This document shows positions 60,423-64,000 of a DNA stretch of 64,000 bases, piece by piece. Position numbers and translations under genes: made by a program. A model generated the notes under the pieces. It saw only the letters and a program-made list of their open reading frames with translations. It ran no database searches and was not told the DNA's origin. Source of the DNA: Penicillus capitatus (Eukaryota; Plantae; Chlorophyta); the NCBI GenBank assembly GCA_965649825.1, contig OZ287700.1:372001-436000 (forward strand). Reading direction: 5' to 3'. Position 1 is the stretch's first letter. Each line of letters opens with the position of its first letter.

Positions 60423-61235
60423 ATAGTCTCTAGCGTTACCGAGAGGCAATTAATTTTCTTCACATCCATCTCAGATGCAAACTTTCGAGTGGTGTTCTGC
60501 TGATCAAATACTGACAGGCAATTATGTGTGTACTTCGCGTTCCTGAGAGTTTCCCTTCTGCACAAAAAAGACAACGGGGCTTCATTCTACTTCCTCTTCG
60601 CGTTCTACACTACGGATCTTAATAGAAGTGCAATAGTGGCAAGAAATGGGGAATCGGTTATAGCTTTTCGGCGTCGGTTTACGGTATTTTTAACTTTAGC
60701 AAGTTTGCTAACTACACGTAACAACACACGACATGCAGTCTACATAGATGGTAGATGGGTTATCATTGACGAAGACTGCGACGATCCATTCCTATACTCG
60801 ACACTGAATCACTTCATCGTTAACCCTGAAAGTGTCGACAGCAACTGCGGAGCTGTCCAGAAGAGTCGATTGATCGTAAGTACTTTCTCAGAGAATGCAG
60901 GCATGGGAACATACATGTGAGGCATCCGCTCTTGCTTGTCTGGCAGACATGGTAGTTGGTGGGTAAACCACCATTCGGAAAACATGAAGAGCTCGACACT
61001 TCGTAAGTAGTTTAAGAGGCTGTGAATTCGCTTCATCTTCGTGAAATCTGTGCTGTTAATGATCGCTGTGTCTTTTGGCATCCTACTCGTCTCGGTGACG
61101 CGCTGGTGTAATGTTCGCGCAACTCCAAGAACGCTTTTCAGTCGGACCCATCTAAGAGATTAATATCTTAAACGCATGCACATGGCAAGATCATCCCTCG
61201 GATCCATCCCTGTCTGATGCTTCCTGTATACGCCG

Positions 61236-62384
61236 CTAGGCAGAGCCCTTCTTCACTGAGAGTTTTCTCTTCTTCTTGGTCGCCGTCTTCGACTCTTCCT
61301 TCTTCGGCTTGCTGGCCACTTTGCGTTTCGAGGCCGTGGCGAAGAAGCTGTCGAGACGCGACTGTGTGCTCTTCCCGCGAGAGGCATTTACGCGCTGGGC
61401 CGCACGTTCGACGCGCTCCTGACTGAAACCCTTCTCCCTCACCAAGAAGTCCACGAGCCCCTCCGCATCGATCTTCGACCACTTGATCTCCGGCAGGTCG
61501 TCCTTGGAGAGGACATCCGGATGTCTGAACAGTTCCCGCGCTCTCTCGTAGTGGAAGTCCTCGACCACCCACTTGTCTCCCTTACTCTCCCGCAGAGCCT
61601 CGATTGCTTTCTCGATCGACCCGTGTTGTCGCATGAGCTTCAGGGCCGTCACGCTTCCGATGCCTCTGATCGTTGAGCAGTAATCGCACCCGGACAGGAT
61701 GCACATGTCCAAGAAGGCGTCTGCGTCTAGCTGCAGCTCCTCGAGCATCGCCGCGTGGTCAAACTCGGTCACCTCCTTGGACTTGGCGGGGGCAGCCATA
61801 AGACGTCGGACAAGTCGCGGCGTCCCGAACGTTAAGGCATCCATGTCCTCCGTCGCCACCGCGTAGACGAGTCCGTCTCGGCACATCTGGGCACACTGAG
61901 CCTCGGCCTCAGAGGGCGCCTCGATCACCGGTACCCCCATCAGTCTCAGCAATCTCTGGCACTCCTCTATCTGACGCTGCGTCATGCGGACTGTCCGCTT
62001 GCTGAATTTCTCGACAGCCTCGGTGTCGCCCTCCTCGACCGCCGCCTTGAGTGCGCGTTCGGCATCTGCCCGTCTCTCCAGTCGCTTCTCTAGCTCCTTT
62101 GCTTTGCTTTCGGGCGGTTTGCCGTCAAACACGTATATTGGTTTGATCCCCGCCTCTAGCATCCGCACCGTCCGGTAGAACATCCCCTGCAGGTGGCTCG
62201 TCTCCTCTCCCGACGCATCCGTCAGCGTCAGCTCCCCAGTCCTTCCAACAGCGACGAGGAACTGATAGATGTGCATACTGGCGTCCACAGCGACACGCCG
62301 ACCGAAGTAGTCTTCGAATCGCGTCTCTCGGATACAGGATGGCGCATTGGCTTCGAGCAGCTTGGCTAGATTGTGAATACCCAT
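61236..62384 (-). CDS. FEN1: Flap endonuclease 1 (intronless, 382 aa from ATG 62384)
   Basis: [56 protein letters not shown] box QSRLDSFF, basic tail. Confidence 0.97.
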   Translation of the reverse strand: MGIHNLAKLLEANAPSCIRETRFEDYFGRRVAVDASMHIYQFLVAVGRTGELTLTDASGEETSHLQGMFYRTVRMLEAGIKPIYVFDGKPPESKAKELEKRLERRADAERALKAAVEEGDTEAVEKFSKRTVRMTQRQIEECQRLLRLMGVPVIEAPSEAEAQCAQMCRDGLVYAVATEDMDALTFGTPRLVRRLMAAPAKSKEVTEFDHAAMLEELQLDADAFLDMCILSGCDYCSTIRGIGSVTALKLMRQHGSIEKAIEALRESKGDKWVVEDFHYERARELFRHPDVLSKDDLPEIKWSKIDAEGLVDFLVREKGFSQERVERAAQRVNASRGKSTQSRLDSFFATASKRKVASKPKKEESKTATKKKRKLSVKKGSA

Positions 62385-62810
62385 CGCGCCGAAAGCAACG
62401 ACACGTGCAACGGATAGAAAGATTAAGCCATTAAGCAAGTAGACGATCTATTGACGCTATTGACGCTTTTGACGTCCTATGTCGCTTTTTAACATTCGTT
62501 CTGCTGAGCATGAAGAGTAGTAGTCGCCCGTGTTCGGACCTTTGACGAAGGAGTTCTCTCTTTTCACATAGAAGTCGCGTATCCAAGTTTTTTTATTAAA
62601 TCTTGCCTGTTTTAGTGTCAAACTGACCAGTATGGCTAAGAAGTGTACTTACTCTCTTCATCCCAATGCAGAGGCTACATTGAAGGCCCCTTTCCATGAC
62701 ATGGCACATATAATCTGCGCCTTATCGGCCAATTCGACTCGGTTAAGAGAGTAACGATATTCAACGAATGGGCGGTGCGCGGACCACTGACTAACTGAGT
62801 TTGTTTCTCG

Positions 62811-64000
62811 ATGATGACCTGCTGTCGCCTTCGGTCTGGCAGGGCGACATACCCGATATCACCCTCTTCGCGCAACGCTTCCCTCACGTCATGCAATGGC
62901 GGAAGACGCTACTCTGAATACCAATACCACCACGCACGAAGTTCAACACGTCTGTGCGTCTCATCGGTCGAAACGACACGTCTCACGCTCGACGACATCT
63001 CTTTGGATCTGGATCTCATCGAAAGGGATGGCGTTGACGTTTTCGATTTGGTCATTGCTGGAGCGGGTCCTTCAGGTCTAAGCGTCGGATCTCGTGTCGC
63101 CAAGTCAGGTTACAAAGTCTGCATCGTGGATCCCTATCCTTTGAGTCTCTGGCCGAACAACTACGGAGTCTGGGTGGACGAGTTCGAAGCCATGGGATTG
63201 GATGACTGTTTTCAGAAAGTCTGGTCTAAAGCAGATGTCTTCTTAGATAACAACAAACCTCCAAAGCACGTTCCCCCAACACACTCCCTGTCACGACACT
63301 TCTTCTTCCATGCAGATCACTCAATCGACCCTATGCACGAGTGGACCGTCCGAAACTCAAGAGAAAACTCCTGAACGCTTGTATAGAAAACGGTACGACA
63401 CCGCTATCTGGCCCAATCGATGACTTGGATGGCACCATCTGGTTAGGTGTCTTTTTTCGGCAGGCAAAGGCGGAAGCCGTCGATACGAGTGCATCGCTTA
63501 ATTGTGTCACTTGTTCTGAAGGGCGTCCTCTGAAGGCACGACTCTTTCTAGATGCCACTGGCCACAGTCGAAGGTTCATTCAGTACGATCAGAAATTTGA
63601 TCCGGCCTTTCAGGGTGCTTATGGTTATATCGCAACGGTAGAATCCCATCCCTTCGACAAAGATGCGATGCTGTTTATGGACTGGCGAGATGACTATGCA
63701 CAGGACGATCCAGCATTCCTTCGGCGCATTTCAGATTTGCCGACATTTCTCTACGCCATGCCGTTCTCGGAAACGGAGATATTTCTGGAAGAGACCTCTC
63801 TCGTTGCGAAACCCATTGCACCGTTCGGCGATCTAAAAGAACGACTCGAGAGGCGCTTGCAGCATCTGGGAATCAAGGTGTTGGACAAACGGGAAGAAGA
63901 ATACTGTGTCATTCCAATGGGAGGCGTCTTGCCCAAGAAACCACAGACGGTGCTCGGAATCGGAGGCACGGCAGGGATGGTGCATCCATCGACGGGATAC
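62811..64000 (+). CDS. LCYB: Lycopene beta-cyclase-type carotenoid cyclase (runs off window end)
   Basis: DLVIAGAGPSG, WPNNYGVWVDEF, RPYARVDRPKLK after a GC-AG intron, PTFLYAMP, EETSLVA, EEEYCVIPMGG, GGTAGMVHPSTGY. Confidence 0.9.

Larger units (their letters stand above)
44530..62450 (+). repeat. Arm B of inverted segmental duplication (partner 5438-19990)
   Basis: Same anchors as arm A. Contains extra insertions of ~53250-54230 and ~54560-60470. Confidence 0.9.

Noticed and set aside
1-64000. Bacterial or endosymbiont contaminant contig
   Set aside because: Spliceosomal introns, LTR retrotransposons with TSDs and plastid-targeted nuclear genes are interleaved with the intronless genes. 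No rRNA or tRNA genes were seen.

Overview
Eukaryotic nuclear DNA from a photosynthetic organism, probably a compact-genome green alga (inferred from plastid isoprenoid genes and tiny ~44-58 nt introns, several of them GC-AG). The main structure is an inverted segmental duplication. Arm A is ~5.4-20.0 kb (- strand) and arm B is ~44.5-62.45 kb (+ strand); they flank a ~24 kb block of ordinary genes (Gemin5-like WD40, ankyrin protein, trypsin-like protein, HST, bL28m, dienelactone hydrolase, DGAT2, FAAH-like amidase, PhzF, Pmp-like beta-helix protein). Each arm carries one large intronless NLR-like STAND protein (2275 and 2446 aa). Their layout is: N-terminal segment ending in a ubiquitin-like LRGG, ~550-aa helical domain, NB-ARC-type P-loop NTPase, then 26 or 30 near-identical 43-aa (129-bp) TPR units whose variable residues are shuffled as cassettes. 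Copy B has lost both the LRGG arginine and the first Walker A glycine. Each arm independently acquired a very young ~4.8-kb Ty3/Gypsy element. The two elements are distant relatives, both with 142-bp LTRs, a shared non-canonical PBS and a PPT-like motif, but they differ in end geometry and TSD length. FEN1 is intact in arm B. In arm A it is reduced to a microhomology-deleted remnant whose homology ends at the HMCES start codon. All family assignments come from motif recognition, not database searches.
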